From: Bugula neritina
Taxonomy: Eukaryota > Animalia > Bryozoa
Direction: 5' to 3'
DNA: 64,000 nucleotides
Assembly (NCBI GenBank): GCA_964035545.1
Contig: OZ037768.1
Location: forward strand, 5,550,741 to 5,614,740
Part shown: piece after piece, positions 1 to 13,100 of the stretch
Numbering within the stretch: position 1 is the stretch's first letter
How the letters are laid out: each line of letters begins with the position of its first letter
Notes under the pieces: model-generated
What the model saw: only the letters and a program-made list of their open reading frames with translations
Databases searched by the model: none
Told to the model about the DNA's origin: nothing
Made by a program: the position numbers and the translations under genes

Positions 1-849
1 TCTTATGAAAAACTGATTGATTGTATTAAGCGTAGACTTTGAAATTGTTGATGCAACCAACTACTTATGTTGGTATATCAATACAAGGTAGCCCAGCTAA
101 TCGCTGTACTCAGTATTGAATTAACAACGCTCAACCTTTATTTTGTTATGATATGAGCAGGCGTAATGGAATTTTTTGTTTGCCCCAATCCGCTGATTTC
201 AATGACAGATTATATCCAGTGTTCTAAAAATCAATGGTCAAGCATTTAACGGAGCAGCTATAAGAAGCAAATGAATAAGTAAGTAGTTCATATTTTAAGA
301 ACTAAGACTATTAAAAATGCCTAGAATTAAATTTGCTTCTGATAGTAGGCCCTATATAGAAATTAGGTATAAGCACAGACGTGTACACTGCTTAATTTTA
401 AAACTAACAAATTGGCCTAACATATACAGCGAGTCTACCTGAAAAACAAATGGCACTGTGAAGTTGTACCAGTTAAATTATACTTACTCATTGCATAGCC
501 TGTGTTTCACGAGTGCTGAAAATATTTTACTAAATATATTTGTGCTGTCTGTAGATTGGAAGTTTCTTTGCTCTTCATATTTGGTGCTACAAGCATATTG
601 AATGGTACAGAATACGTAGAATTGATAGGCTTGCAGTCAAACTGCACTCATTGACTCTGGAGGTAAACTTTTCAAACTCTTATCTAAATAATACACTCAA
701 CACGGCTGTGAAATCACCAGTTTACTCTTGAAACTCCGCAGTAATTATAATATTAATTATTCGAAAAGACAAAGTGTAAAGCTCGCATTTGATTTACAAT
801 CCCTTGAGATAGAATTGGATAAAACTACTTGAAATTTATTCTTTTAGCA

Positions 850-1935
850 CTTGACATAAGAGTGAATTTAATCAGCTGTGTTAGAAGAGAAACCTTGTCA
901 GCTGATAAAAAGCAGTTTTCCTGTGCAGTACGAAGCTGTAATCAATGATTACTATCAAACAAATAGTGTTTGCTTTGCCACAAAGCTATTAATGTTACTG
1001 AATGTAAAGTTAGCTTGGTAAAATAAAACCTAGTGGACAAAGCTGTTGATATTCATGTGACAGGGGAAATATACTCTGTGCTGTGTAATGGGCCACACAA
1101 TTTAACTGTATGCAACAGCAAACACCACACCAATGAATTCACCTAAATTCTTCCAGTGAAAGAGCTTCGGTGCTTAAGTGGTGTGAGCCTTGGTGGTGCC
1201 TTTGAGTTTTGCTGCCATTTCCTAGAAGACTCGTAGCTTCAAGAGAAGGCAGTTGCTGTTTGCTAGGAGACACACTAATGAGATCAAGCAGTCTTTGCAA
1301 CTCACTAGTTTCTCTGTAAAATACACTCGGGTTTGAGAAATACTTGCCTGAAACTTATTTACAAAAAAAAGCTAAGGCTTGTTTTATAATATTGAGCAAT
1401 GATATTGAAGATCTACTGAAAATACGACTACTGTTATATATACTATACCTGTGTGTATTTTATGCGTATTGTATGCACTATAGTCTACATAAAACACTAT
1501 GCTTTCAAATATACTTCGATATTGATCAACATACAATTTAATTTTAATGATGTCTGTGCTAGTTCACCTTTTCCAATAATTAACCGTATTGTTGTACACG
1601 TTTGCAGCCAGCAGCAATAAATGAACATTCAAATGAAACGTTCTGCTTACTCTAAATAAATACAACTCCACTTACTGCCTCAGCTTTGCAGTTGGCATGT
1701 CCTCGCAAGTCTTTCAATCCTAACAAGCCTTGTGAGCCGAAGCTACTTCTAAATTAAAATAAAACCCAAAACTGACCAAGAAATTTTATAAGAACTCAAT
1801 GCTACAGCATACGGAACAAAACTTAACAGCCACAAAGATGGAAAAAGTAGATGTAATAACAGATTATAATATATTGTTATCTGAAGACCCAAGCAGATGT
1901 AGAAATACAAGCTTGGTTATTGGATCATGTAATAG
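850..1935 (+). pseudogene. Heavily decayed DDE transposase relic (EnSpm/Chapaev-like CMC group, tentative)
   Basis: Stop- and frameshift-broken fragments in colinear order: ILPVKEL...DS*LQEKAVAVC (~1150-1263), SRSYF*IKIKPKTDQEIL*EL (~1735-1797), EKVDVITDY...EDPSRCRNTSLVIGS (~1840-1927). From memory these resemble the invertebrate transposase motifs LLPFAVKSL..SYSQLEE..TALC, GYLP.I..SPTD.....E.L and V.V.D.......P..F.N+...+G.FH. No TIR is visible in the window. Confidence 0.35.
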
Positions 1936-4588
1936 ATAGATATGTTTATTTTGCTATATTCATTGATATATGCAGTCACCTGTTCAGTCACATTGGATTA
2001 TTTTGTTTGCATTAAAGATGTCATTATATTTAGTGTTTATCAATAGAGAAAATATCTAACAGAACGTAAATAGATGTGATTAAATAAACATTAGCTTATT
2101 TTTAAACGCCAGCAGTCAAATCTGCCTGAAAAGGCACAATAAATAAAATCAACTTTTAACTTTTAGTTCTAGTGGTGAATCAAGTTCATTATTAATTATT
2201 ATCATTATTATTTTCTACTTATATCACGTTAAGTTCTGTCACAGCTTGAGCTAATTTTTTCTCCAACAATCAATCTAATTTCACTAAGATGGGGTAGATA
2301 AGCTTAATATATTAGTTGGTTTTTTATTAAACTAGCATATATTTCTTCACATATGAACTCTGAGTTGTGCTACCGTAGTTATTATTTTTCTTATTTTATA
2401 ATCATTAGTACTATTTTTGTGGTTGTGCTAGATGGTATTCATTTTTTATAGATTATAAGCTCAAACTGCTTCCTGTAACACAAACACAAATTTTAGTTTA
2501 AATCTAAAATTCATAAGTTATTTAAACTTTAATTAAACTAACCTTACAAAATACATTCAAGAAACAAAAGTCTAATTTCAACTTGGCAACAACTGACTAA
2601 AAACAAGTTTGTAAAAGTAATAGATTCTGTCAATTTCTCTGTGACTAATGATTAGGATGATAATCATTCAGTTTCAACAAACCCATCAATATGTTAAATA
2701 AGTTAATAGAGCATTTTGGTAAAACTTTTAATAAACTTGTAACTATCATAATACTAGTAGTCATATTGTCCACAATCAGTCTAATTTCTAGTCATAGTCA
2801 TTGTGTATTAAATAACTTCAACCCTGAAAGTATTATTCAATTATTCACACAGCAAAAGCTTTAAATTTAAAATTAATTTTTATATTTAAAATTTAAATTA
2901 AACCCCAATCACACTGACAATTCAAACAAGCTAAGTTATATTTTTAGCATTCAAGCATCAAAAAACATTCGAATAATCATAATATTAATTAGTTAAATTG
3001 CAATCCCAAAATATATAGTTGATAGTATAAGAGAATCAAAATATTTATACTTTATAGTTATACTTAGTCTTATAGATAAACTACTAAAAAGCAAGAAGTA
3101 ATACAACATCAATTATCAATAAGTGTATACGTGTATACCTGATGCTTGTACTTTAGCCTTTTAAGTCATAATTATTTAGTTTGTATATTAAAAACAGAAT
3201 TGCAAAAGCTTTAACCAATGACTTTGAGATAGAAGCGGCTAACATCCAGCATGTTGATTTTGAACTTATACACCACTTCCAGTTCTCCTAATGAGGAGAC
3301 TAATGTTGCTTAGCATAATGTAAACCTCTAAACTAGCCCGCGGTTTGACGACAAAACGTTTATCCAATAGGAAAAACTTAATATGGAGTTCTTTATATTA
3401 GGAGATTAGAAAACATTTCTCTTGCTTCAGCTTCGATGGATACCATCAGGCATCAATGGTTACGAACAATATTGTCAATCATTGATACTATCATTGATAG
3501 TATCAATGGGCAATGTAAAAAATAAAAAAACTGAATTTCTGATCATTAATATTATCTTTATAATTACTGTAGATGCAACAGCAATGATTATAAGTATTAT
3601 TAATAGTTGGAAATCCGTATGGTTGATAGTAATCATTACAAATGCCAACATCAGTTTCAATCACTTTGACTTTCACTCTGATTCAATGAATGTCAATATC
3701 TGTATGATTATGATAATCACTTGGTGATGGTTATCAATATGAATATAGTATATTCTATAATGCTGTAAATATTAATAATTAGCCATTAGATTATAGAATA
3801 GTTTTAAACATAAACTCTAAGTGAAAGTCAAATTAAAGTCACCAACATTTAAAACAATTTCAAATCTTGAATTTTAATGCGACAGTTATAAATATTGGAT
3901 TTCAGAGTATAATACATAAGGTTAGTAATTTATTACTATTAAATTAAATTTTGCACATGACAAAATTCATATTTTTGTTGTGAAGTGTGATGTAAAATAT
4001 AGTTTTGAGGCACAGCGATGAACAAGTGTAGTTGCCAACATGAACATGAAAATATTGCTATGCTATAGCAATGTCTACTTCCTTATATTTCTTATAAGTA
4101 TAAATATATTTTTTGGAATTATTAAACTACTGAGTGACAAAATTAAATTTTTTAATCTCAATCTGTTTATATTATTTCACCTTTCTTTCATTGTCTTTAA
4201 ACTTAAATGTCGTAACAAATAGTTTATCAGTCTAACTGCTGTGACTAGATTATAAAAGATAACCATGATTATGCCAAAATAATAAATCAAATCAGAACAA
4301 ATTTTATTTACTGCTAGTGTTAGTGGAATAACTATAACTCTAGCAGTGAGGGCATTTAGTTATAAATTATTCCAATTAGTAATTATCAAATATTCATCTG
4401 CACTTGATTATTTTCAACTATGAGTTTGTTCTGCTATTGCTTATAGTATTTTTATACTCAATTTCAATTTTTTTTTAAAAAAATTACGGCGTTGAATAAA
4501 TTTAGTAAAATCAAAAATATATAATGCATAAACATTTCATGACAAGCTGCCATTTTTTTAGGACAAACCAAGTTACGGGTATAAAGTA

Positions 4589-7500
4589 ATGCCACCTAAA
4601 CAAAGCAAAGACGGTATTAGAAGAAAGCAGGAAATTGCTGATCAGGTTACTTGTTTATTTATTGAGCTAAACAATGAACAGTGTATATATGCTAGTCACT
4701 ATTTAATACATTGAGCTTTCATTACTGCATCACACTTTAATGTATTACACCATGTCAACTCTTAGAATACTCTGGTGGTAATTACCAAACCTTTTAAATA
4801 TGCTTTGGTAGAAGCATTTTGTTTCTTTCATTGAGAAAGTGTGGGACATGGTACTCTATCCTGGTGAGAAAACAGCCTCTAAAACAGAGTCTAGTGTACT
4901 GTTGATCACATAAGATATTTGCTATTATTTAAGGTCAAGGAGATTAAAGACCGACAACGCAAATGGATGAATGAGAAAAAGTTGAGTGAGAGTGGAAAGT
5001 TGTCCAATGTTTTACCAGACAATGATTTAGATATAATAACACGAGACCAATATAGCATGAGAACTGCCAATTATTCGGCATCGTGTCCTGATAGCTACAA
5101 ATCAGCTAAGAGTTCACCTTTATATAGACCTAGTAAGTAGGTTTCTAGCACATGATTGGTTGAGTTTTGAGAGATTAAATTCTCATATTAATTAAGAAGT
5201 ACCAGATTACTTATAACCAACTTTAAGCTAATTTATTTGTGCATTCTGTTGCCTTTTGCTACTAATATTGAATTTTTTCATGAAAATTCAAATAGATCTA
5301 GCTTTAATGCCTCCATTACTTGATTTTCAGTTTGGTCTCAGTAAAACAATGTATTAATTTTACGCTTTATAACCAAGATTTCTTTCGAAAATCATTAGTT
5401 ATCATTTTATTACAGCCATATTAGAGTTATGACAAATTTCTAGTGTAACTACTTTATAATTATTTTCAAAATCTTAATTTTCTTACTAAGAAATTAAAGT
5501 TTTAACTCAGGTGATTATAAAACTCCCAGTCGCAATGATATTGGAGAAGACAACTATGACATCATTGCTGATGAAATAATACACCGTGTAAAGAACAGTC
5601 TAGGAGGAAACTTGAGAACTGATAGTTTTGAACACAATGGTGAAGATAGGGAACTCTCCAAACCACTAGCGGCACACATGTGTTACAAATGCCAGAAACT
5701 AATGGTACTGTATTAAATTGTTGAGAGCTAATTTAAACTAATTTCATTTTAAATAATGATCAGCTTTATATTCAAAACACATATATTTAGCTAAAAATAT
5801 TTGATAACCTCTATGAGATTAAGAATGTTGGGAATACTAAGTATTATGTGTGTATATGTTGGTGATAGTCAACAGAAAACAGCTCATTAATTATTTAAAA
5901 AAGATCTTCTCCTTTTTTATATCATTTGAAAGCTCAATATTTACTGCATCTGCTTTTCATAAAAACATATGCACTGACCAAGTTAATTTTATAATATAAT
6001 AGTATAATAGAACAATAAATAGAGGTTGAGTGACATCTTAAGTGACATGTTTTTGAAGCATTCTTGTCTTTGTATATTGTAGAATATATTTTTACAGTGT
6101 ACAGAACACTATGTGGTTTAGAATAACCTAGTATTTAGCTTTCAAATGTTTAAACAAAATTCTGGGTTGCAAAAAACCTTCAACATAGCAAATAACAATT
6201 TGTGTTTATATGAATAGGTTATTGTTTTCTGAAGGTAATAGCAAAATAATTATATACCTACATATGTAAAAATTATGATGAAATTAATATAGCAATATCG
6301 TACAATAATATGATTTATATCGTAAAATGAAGACATTTAGTAAGTGTTTAAGGTGCATTTATTGTATTACTGCAGATTTCACCACATCATTCTCCAATGA
6401 TGTTGATACCTTGCGGACACAACCTGTGTGAAGCTTGCTGCCGGAGTGCTGCCACATGCTATATATGCAACACAGAGGTCAATGGACAGTCTACCAATGT
6501 CATACTTGGCCAGGTCATACAGAATCAATACTCACAGAGTAGGGAAGAAGCTAAAAGACACAGAAAGTCAGCCAGGAAACATCATCCAGGTATTTTTGAT
6601 GTCTTATAATTTGCCTGAAGTCATGCTGACAACATGGCTTCAAGCTGTCAAAGTAGAGCAAGCATCATTTTAAGTGACTGCTCTTGTGGAATTTGAGTGT
6701 CAGTATAGCATGTGACGCAACCACCTCTATTTCCTGAAAAATAGCTGCTCTCTGTTGGTATTATAATTACTGGTATGGACCCTGTACACAAATCTATAAG
6801 ATAATGTAGCAGGGTATAAAAGTTTTAGTTTTAGTAATCAGTCATTACTAAAGAGTGAAGGGTGCAGTACGTGTAATATATAAATATAAACTCATAGTTT
6901 TTTATTTTTATTTAAATAAACTTGACATATTTCTATAAAATTTATCACTCTGTTTCAATGTGTGTGTTTTCTATCACTCAGCTGATGTAGCTGATGTAGA
7001 ACAGGAAATGCAAACTTTGCTCTTGCGAAAAGAGGCTATGGAGGAAGAAAAGTTGACTATACAAGAGAGTATTGAGAGAATAAACAACAAGATCCTGGTA
7101 AGATATGCCTTGCCTCACCCTAACAGCAAATGCCTTGCCTCACCCTAACAGCAAATGCTTTGTCTTACCCTAACAACAAATGAGTGGGCACAGAGCTGAG
7201 CTAATGAAATCTTATCTATGTTACATTTATGATTGTAGTTTGCTATCTGCTAGTGTAGAGCATATCTTATAGTAAGTTGTGCTGACTCAAATATTGACAG
7301 CGGTCCGATTTAAGGCGTTTATTGATCATTTTTAATCTCATTTCTATATTGGACACAAGAGACATGGTTTAAAAGGACCAATCAATTTTTCTGTATCCGT
7401 GTATTTGTTTTACTTTATTACATACTTGGGATTCATCATTCATCTGTTATAGCATTCATTTGTTTTACACATCTAATATAATTTAGTTATTCTAGTTATA

Positions 7501-8632
7501 ATGATATATAACAATTATTATTAATAATAAGCTTGATTTTATTGGCAAAATAATTTTAGAAATAGAATATGTGAAGGCATATATGGGTTTGTGAAATAAA
7601 CAGATGATAAATTCCATGTGTATTTAATATGGTCTAATTATTTACTGGTAATCTGGAATAATCTACAGTCTATTTGATCATTTGATGACTTTAAAAGCAA
7701 AAGTGATTGTAGATAGCTTTCTTGTGAGTTTTGAAAACTTTAAGGTTTCTCTTCTACATTTGCATTTAACAGGATGATATACTGACATTTTTCTAGTCAT
7801 AGTGCAAGAAACTACATTAATTTGATACATTTTGAGATTTGAGTTGATCTTGATTGAGCACCTTGTTTCAACAGTAAATTTAAAACATTAGCATTCAATT
7901 ATAATATTGTATTATATTATACTATATAACACTATACTATATTGAATTATACTGTATTGTATGTTATTGGAAAGAACGTGTCTGAATAAGTGTATAAAGC
8001 TAGTTTTGGTTTTAAGTTTAGGTGCTATTGAATAAATGTAATGTAAAAAGTGGTTTACTCATTTATTTTTACAGTTTCTTTATAAATCTATACACCAGAC
8101 CAATGAATAGAAAGTTGAGGTTAAACATAAACAAGTGAAGAGGGCATCTTCACATATTATTAGTGTGATAGTGATACATCACTGTAAATGCACTTTATAG
8201 TATTATGGCTGTGCCTCTTTTGACTAAAAAATTATTCCTATTGGGGCCATATAGCAGTTTCATCAGAGCCAGTAAACTACGTCTCATGTGTCACACTTGA
8301 GACATTTCTGACTAAAATAAAGTAACAATTGAGTTGACCTTCTAACTAATAATTTACATATATTGTAATATCTACCCATCTTTTGGTGTATCCTGTTGTA
8401 GGGTGAAATGGAGCAAATATCCAGTGTTGAGAGAGAGGAATCTAATGTGATCAGTCAGATTTCACGACTTCAAAAGAAACTAATGACTCTGCAGGAGCAT
8501 AAAATTGATTTTAAGGAGAAGATAACTTCTCATAACTTGCATATAGAAGATGAGAAGAAAAGAATTAACATGATTAATGAGACTTTGGAGTACTTGTCTG
8601 AAAAATTACACTCTCTTGGCCACAAAACTTGA
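4589..8632 (+). CDS. Uncharacterised RING-HC (C3HC4) finger and C-terminal coiled-coil protein, ~336 aa, putative E3 ligase
   Basis: Six GT-AG exons in frame: 4589-4645, 4934-5132, 5511-5704, 6376-6589, 6982-7097, 8402-8632. RING motif CYKC...PMMLIPCGHNLCEACCRSAATCYIC spans exons 3-4. The last two exons are heptad and E/K/Q-rich. AATAAA at ~8784. The N-terminus may extend upstream because the first exon is open back to the acceptor at 4561. Confidence 0.85.
7105..7182 (+). repeat. 25-bp minisatellite, 3 copies (TGCCTTGCCTCACCCTAACAGCAAA)
   Basis: Units start at 7106, 7131 and 7156, just after the donor site at 7098. Confidence 0.9.
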
Positions 8633-10163
8633 CCATAGTAATGCAATGCATCATTGGCCACATTTGTTGGTGCGTAGAACAAAAATCAACTAAATGTTAT
8701 TTTGTATTTTTATATTTAAAAAATTATCTGTTTATGTAAACGTAAATAGTTCAGCATATATAACCCCTAGTTGAATTTATGCCAATAAATTCAATTGTTT
8801 ATTTTAAAATGAGAATACTACAAGTGTTTTCAATTTCTTTGACAGACCCTGTAGACTGTGAGATTTTTAAATATTGCACTTTTATTGCTTAGTTATTAGC
8901 AACTTTTGTTTTAAACAAGAAAGATAAAAACCAAATAGGGTTTTTAAGATTAATAACTTTCACAACTTTTCACTTCAAGCTCATTTTATGGTGAAGATGT
9001 TGTTCATGCTGCTGGGCTATAAAACATCGTAGTTTTATTATTCTCAAGCCAGTTATTATTGACAGCCAGGAGAACCATTACACTACCACAGTGGGCAGTA
9101 ATTATATTCTGTTCAGTTCCAATGCTGTTTTTCTTGCATTGCTCATAATATGTAAATATTGACAAAACTGTCCTGGGGTAAGAAGCTTTGTGTTTATATA
9201 CCATCTCATTAGCTTCTTGGTTAATAACAAATATTATCTGTTGTTATCTATTAACTGTAGACAAGAAACCCTGTTGCTTTATTTGATCCAGTAACAACCA
9301 GATTGTGTGAAGAGCATTTAAATCTCATCAACTCAAAACTTGTCTAAATAACCTTTGACCTCAAGTTCTGAGGCTACAGCATTACTAATCCCCCACCTAC
9401 TTTGTTTTTTTCTTTAAAATTGATACTTTTGATTATAATAAAATTTATTACTAATTGTATCACCATAGGAAGTGGTGACAGCATAGCATGGAAAACATTC
9501 ACAAGTTGTATTAAATATGTAATGTATATTGTAATTGCATACACAAGCGGAAAAAGCCAATACTTCAAGCCTTACACACTGAGAAGTTTGTTTTTAATAA
9601 AATTGGAGTCTCAACAAAGGTTCTGAAAAGATGGTCACTATATTTCTATAATACACATAAGTAACATATTAGAACAATGGAGCAGAGTCGTCAGCCAACC
9701 GATCACAAGTTTCTGCGTTTCTATCATGAGTTTGATAAGCATTCTAAACCATGTTGCGTAAATAATAAACTAAAAAGCACTTGAAGCAATAAAATCTTGC
9801 AGTATTATTGGTAAAGGTTGAACATTGGCAATTATGCTACGAGAAGGTAAAAACTTGATTGAAAAGACAATATATAGAATAAAACATAGCGCTAGGAATA
9901 TAATAAATGAGATTTGAAAACTTGCATTGATATGTTGAACTTACATAGTACTGTCTTTATGTTGTGAAAAGGGCACAAAATAAAAAACAATACAAATGCT
10001 TTAAAACTACTATAATTTACAATAATTAATAGACCCCAAAATATTTCGAAGTAAATCGCTACAAGATAAAAAGTTAATTACAAATTAGAATATTTGATAT
10101 AGGAATCAGCATTGAATATATCATGCTGGGTGTTAGAAGCCATCAGGCCTGTTCTAACAAATC

Positions 10164-13100
10164 TTACTCGTTTGGAGTACAGAACCAGGATCTTGGTATC
10201 ATGTAGTCAAGAAATGAATCCTACAAGTATATATAGAAGTATACATAACTAACATTGACTTCTAAATAGACAGTACTGAAGCTATGATGAATTACAGATT
10301 CAGAGATCTGTGTTTAAATGAGACAAACTTAACATCTCCTTTTATTTTATATTCTTCATAGAGAAATACAAGGAATCTAAACGCACTCTAGGACTGCGCA
10401 ATTGTATAATATTTCTAATAAATGGTAAAGTGTGTGGAGGAGGGGGCAGCTAGCTTTAATAATAATCTATAATTTTGGTGGAGGGATATCTTATTTTGGC
10501 AGGTTAAACCTCAAACAAAGTTTATTAGGCCCCAAAATCTAGTGTTTATGACTTCATGAACTGTTCATAGCAGCATCAACAAATATAAAAATAATTACCC
10601 AAAATGGACAGCTAATAAAGAGCATGAAATACTTACCTTAATGAGAGGACAATTTCTCCTTGAGAAGTATTCCATGCTGTAGAGACACATCAGAATGCCG
10701 TTGCCAATAAACAAAGCGACCCACAGAAAAATATTGCTAGTCCTCTTGTTATGGCCGTTGGTTACGTATATGAAACCAACTGTAAACAAATCAATTCATT
10801 TTCACTGTGCTTAAAGAAGTCTAATGCAGTGATGAGAGCATATAATCAAAATTTAAGTTCAATAAGAATGGAAGTAAGAAATGTATTACTTAAATTAATT
10901 ACTTGCATCAAGTATCAAAATAGATTTCATGTTTCATTTTGATGAAACAGAACTTCACACTAGTATTTGTTGTTTGCTGACTTTTAATATCAATTATGCA
11001 TTATAGTATTCCTTACGTATCAATACTCAATATCAATCAAGTAAAAAATTGACTTCTAAGATTATCAACATAAAACAAAATTTCAATTGAAGTCAAAACT
11101 TACCACCAATTATAGCAAAGAGGACGAAAAGTACAGGATACACAAACCGGAAAGCTAGAATAATTATGTACTCGTGGAAAACGGCGGAGATAAAGAAAGT
11201 GTTATACATTGCCAGCCACCTCATGTGCTTCTGGAACCTGAGGAGCTACAAATGAAAGATGCACATTTACCAACAGAAATTACAAAATAGATACTTCTTT
11301 TATGTTTAGTTGTAGAAAAACAAAACTCCCATGGCTATACATGTCTTGAAAATAAATTGCCTATAAAATTTAAATTGGAAAATAGTTCGTTTTTGAGTTG
11401 AGAGAAATTAGAAGACTTTGAAAAATTAAAAAATTTTAAAACAATTAAAACACATCGATAAACAAACTATTTTAAATATTTCATCAACTAAAACTAGTTT
11501 CAATATATTAAACATATTTATAGTGCCACACTGTACCATGTATGTATCCTGGTAGATGTAGGTGAACAGCCAGTCGTGAACAACAACATTCCAGTTTCTG
11601 TAATACCCTGAGAAGTTTACAGAGTTCCACCAGTCCTTGTAAAACAGCCGGTCACCAAATCTCAGCATCTCGGCGCATGCATTCAGCCAACAGTGCAAAA
11701 TAGCATAGAAACCTACAGATCCAAAGTACTTTACATCAGTCTAGCACTTAAGTTTGCATCCAAAGTTGAGGAAGGCAACTAAATTTGATGAGCTGCCAAT
11801 TTTTTTTTAACAAATAGCCAGATTTATAGTAAGAAATATATATAATTTGAATATCAAATAAAAAACATTAGTAATCAAAATCGAATATTACAAATAATAA
11901 AAAACAAAACTAAGATGTTTTAATATTGACCAATAATTTACAAGACGGAATTCTCAGCTCCTTCTCTAATGGAATATGATTCATCAATTCAATTACTGTG
12001 GCATCGCACAACAAAGAAAGTGAAAGTTTGTATTTAAAATGTTTTTGTTCAATTAAATTTGGCAACTTTTTCAGAGTTCTGGTAATTGTAGATTTACTAT
12101 AACCCAAAATATTCTTTAATTAAATGGAACAAAACTTCTCATCACTGTTTTACAGGAAAGAATAAGCAAAAGATTTCGAGTAACTTTTTAAATGTTGGTA
12201 AATAGGTCTAGACCTCAATTTAAAAATCACCAAAACTTTTTGATGAAAATTCATGCAGGCATGAGTTATTCATATATTAATTTAAAACTGTTCTTAACTA
12301 GGCTCAGTTTGGCATCAGATTCGCTGCCAGTGAGGTAATACAGCTATTACGTTCTGTATATAAAACTCACCAATGAGAAGGACTAAAGTCCCAGGCATCA
12401 TACATCCAAACACTGAATACACAAACATTTTGATGGTCACATGATCGCTATTGAAATTGTGGAAGTTGGGGATACAGAACCGGACAAAGATGTAGTAGAT
12501 ATAGAATATGCAGATGACCAGCTCACTGACGTGGTATACTACAGTGTTCCAGTTGATAGCACTAGTCCTGTGTGATACAACAAGTAAACAATGTGTACTG
12601 AGTACAAAGGGCAACTAGAGTACACGGCCAACAAATAGGTTAACTTACACTTCATAGTACACAGTACAGCCATAGTCTACTGATAAAACAGCGATAAGAA
12701 ATTGTAATGATAACCTGTCTAGCTTTGGCTGGGTAAACTTAAAACTGTAAAACAACTAGAGTGTCGCTAAATCAACAAAGTCGAATTTATACCAAAAAGT
12801 TGACAATATTTTATATGTCTACAAAAACATACATAAATTGTATAGCAATCAGCCACATGGTGTTGTGTGTAGCTCATAGCTGAGTGAACTTGGTCAGCTA
12901 TGAGCTATACACGGGCCTGTCCCCTAGTAGTTACAATATATTGCCCTAAAAACTGAGCTAGAATACAAAACATACTTTCTTGAGCTGTCTTATAATTAAC
13001 TGAGATATTTTTATTGCAATCAAAGGTCAGTGTCCTGTCAAATGCACAACTTGACCGAAGTTCAAACATACACTCTGCTAACTATGATATGGTAATTATA

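Noticed and set aside
555-662. 108-nt AG/GT-bounded open frame
   Set aside because: No recognisable product or partner exons; adjacent to TE-derived sequence.
3422-3727. Hydrophobic Ile-rich ORFs (also 23597-23782 and 25412-25630)
   Set aside because: Products of AT-rich 3-periodic simple sequence, not membrane proteins.
7105-7182. CCCTAA within a tandem repeat as a telomeric or CRISPR-like array
   Set aside because: One hexamer per 25-bp unit, no spacers, eukaryotic intron: an ordinary minisatellite.
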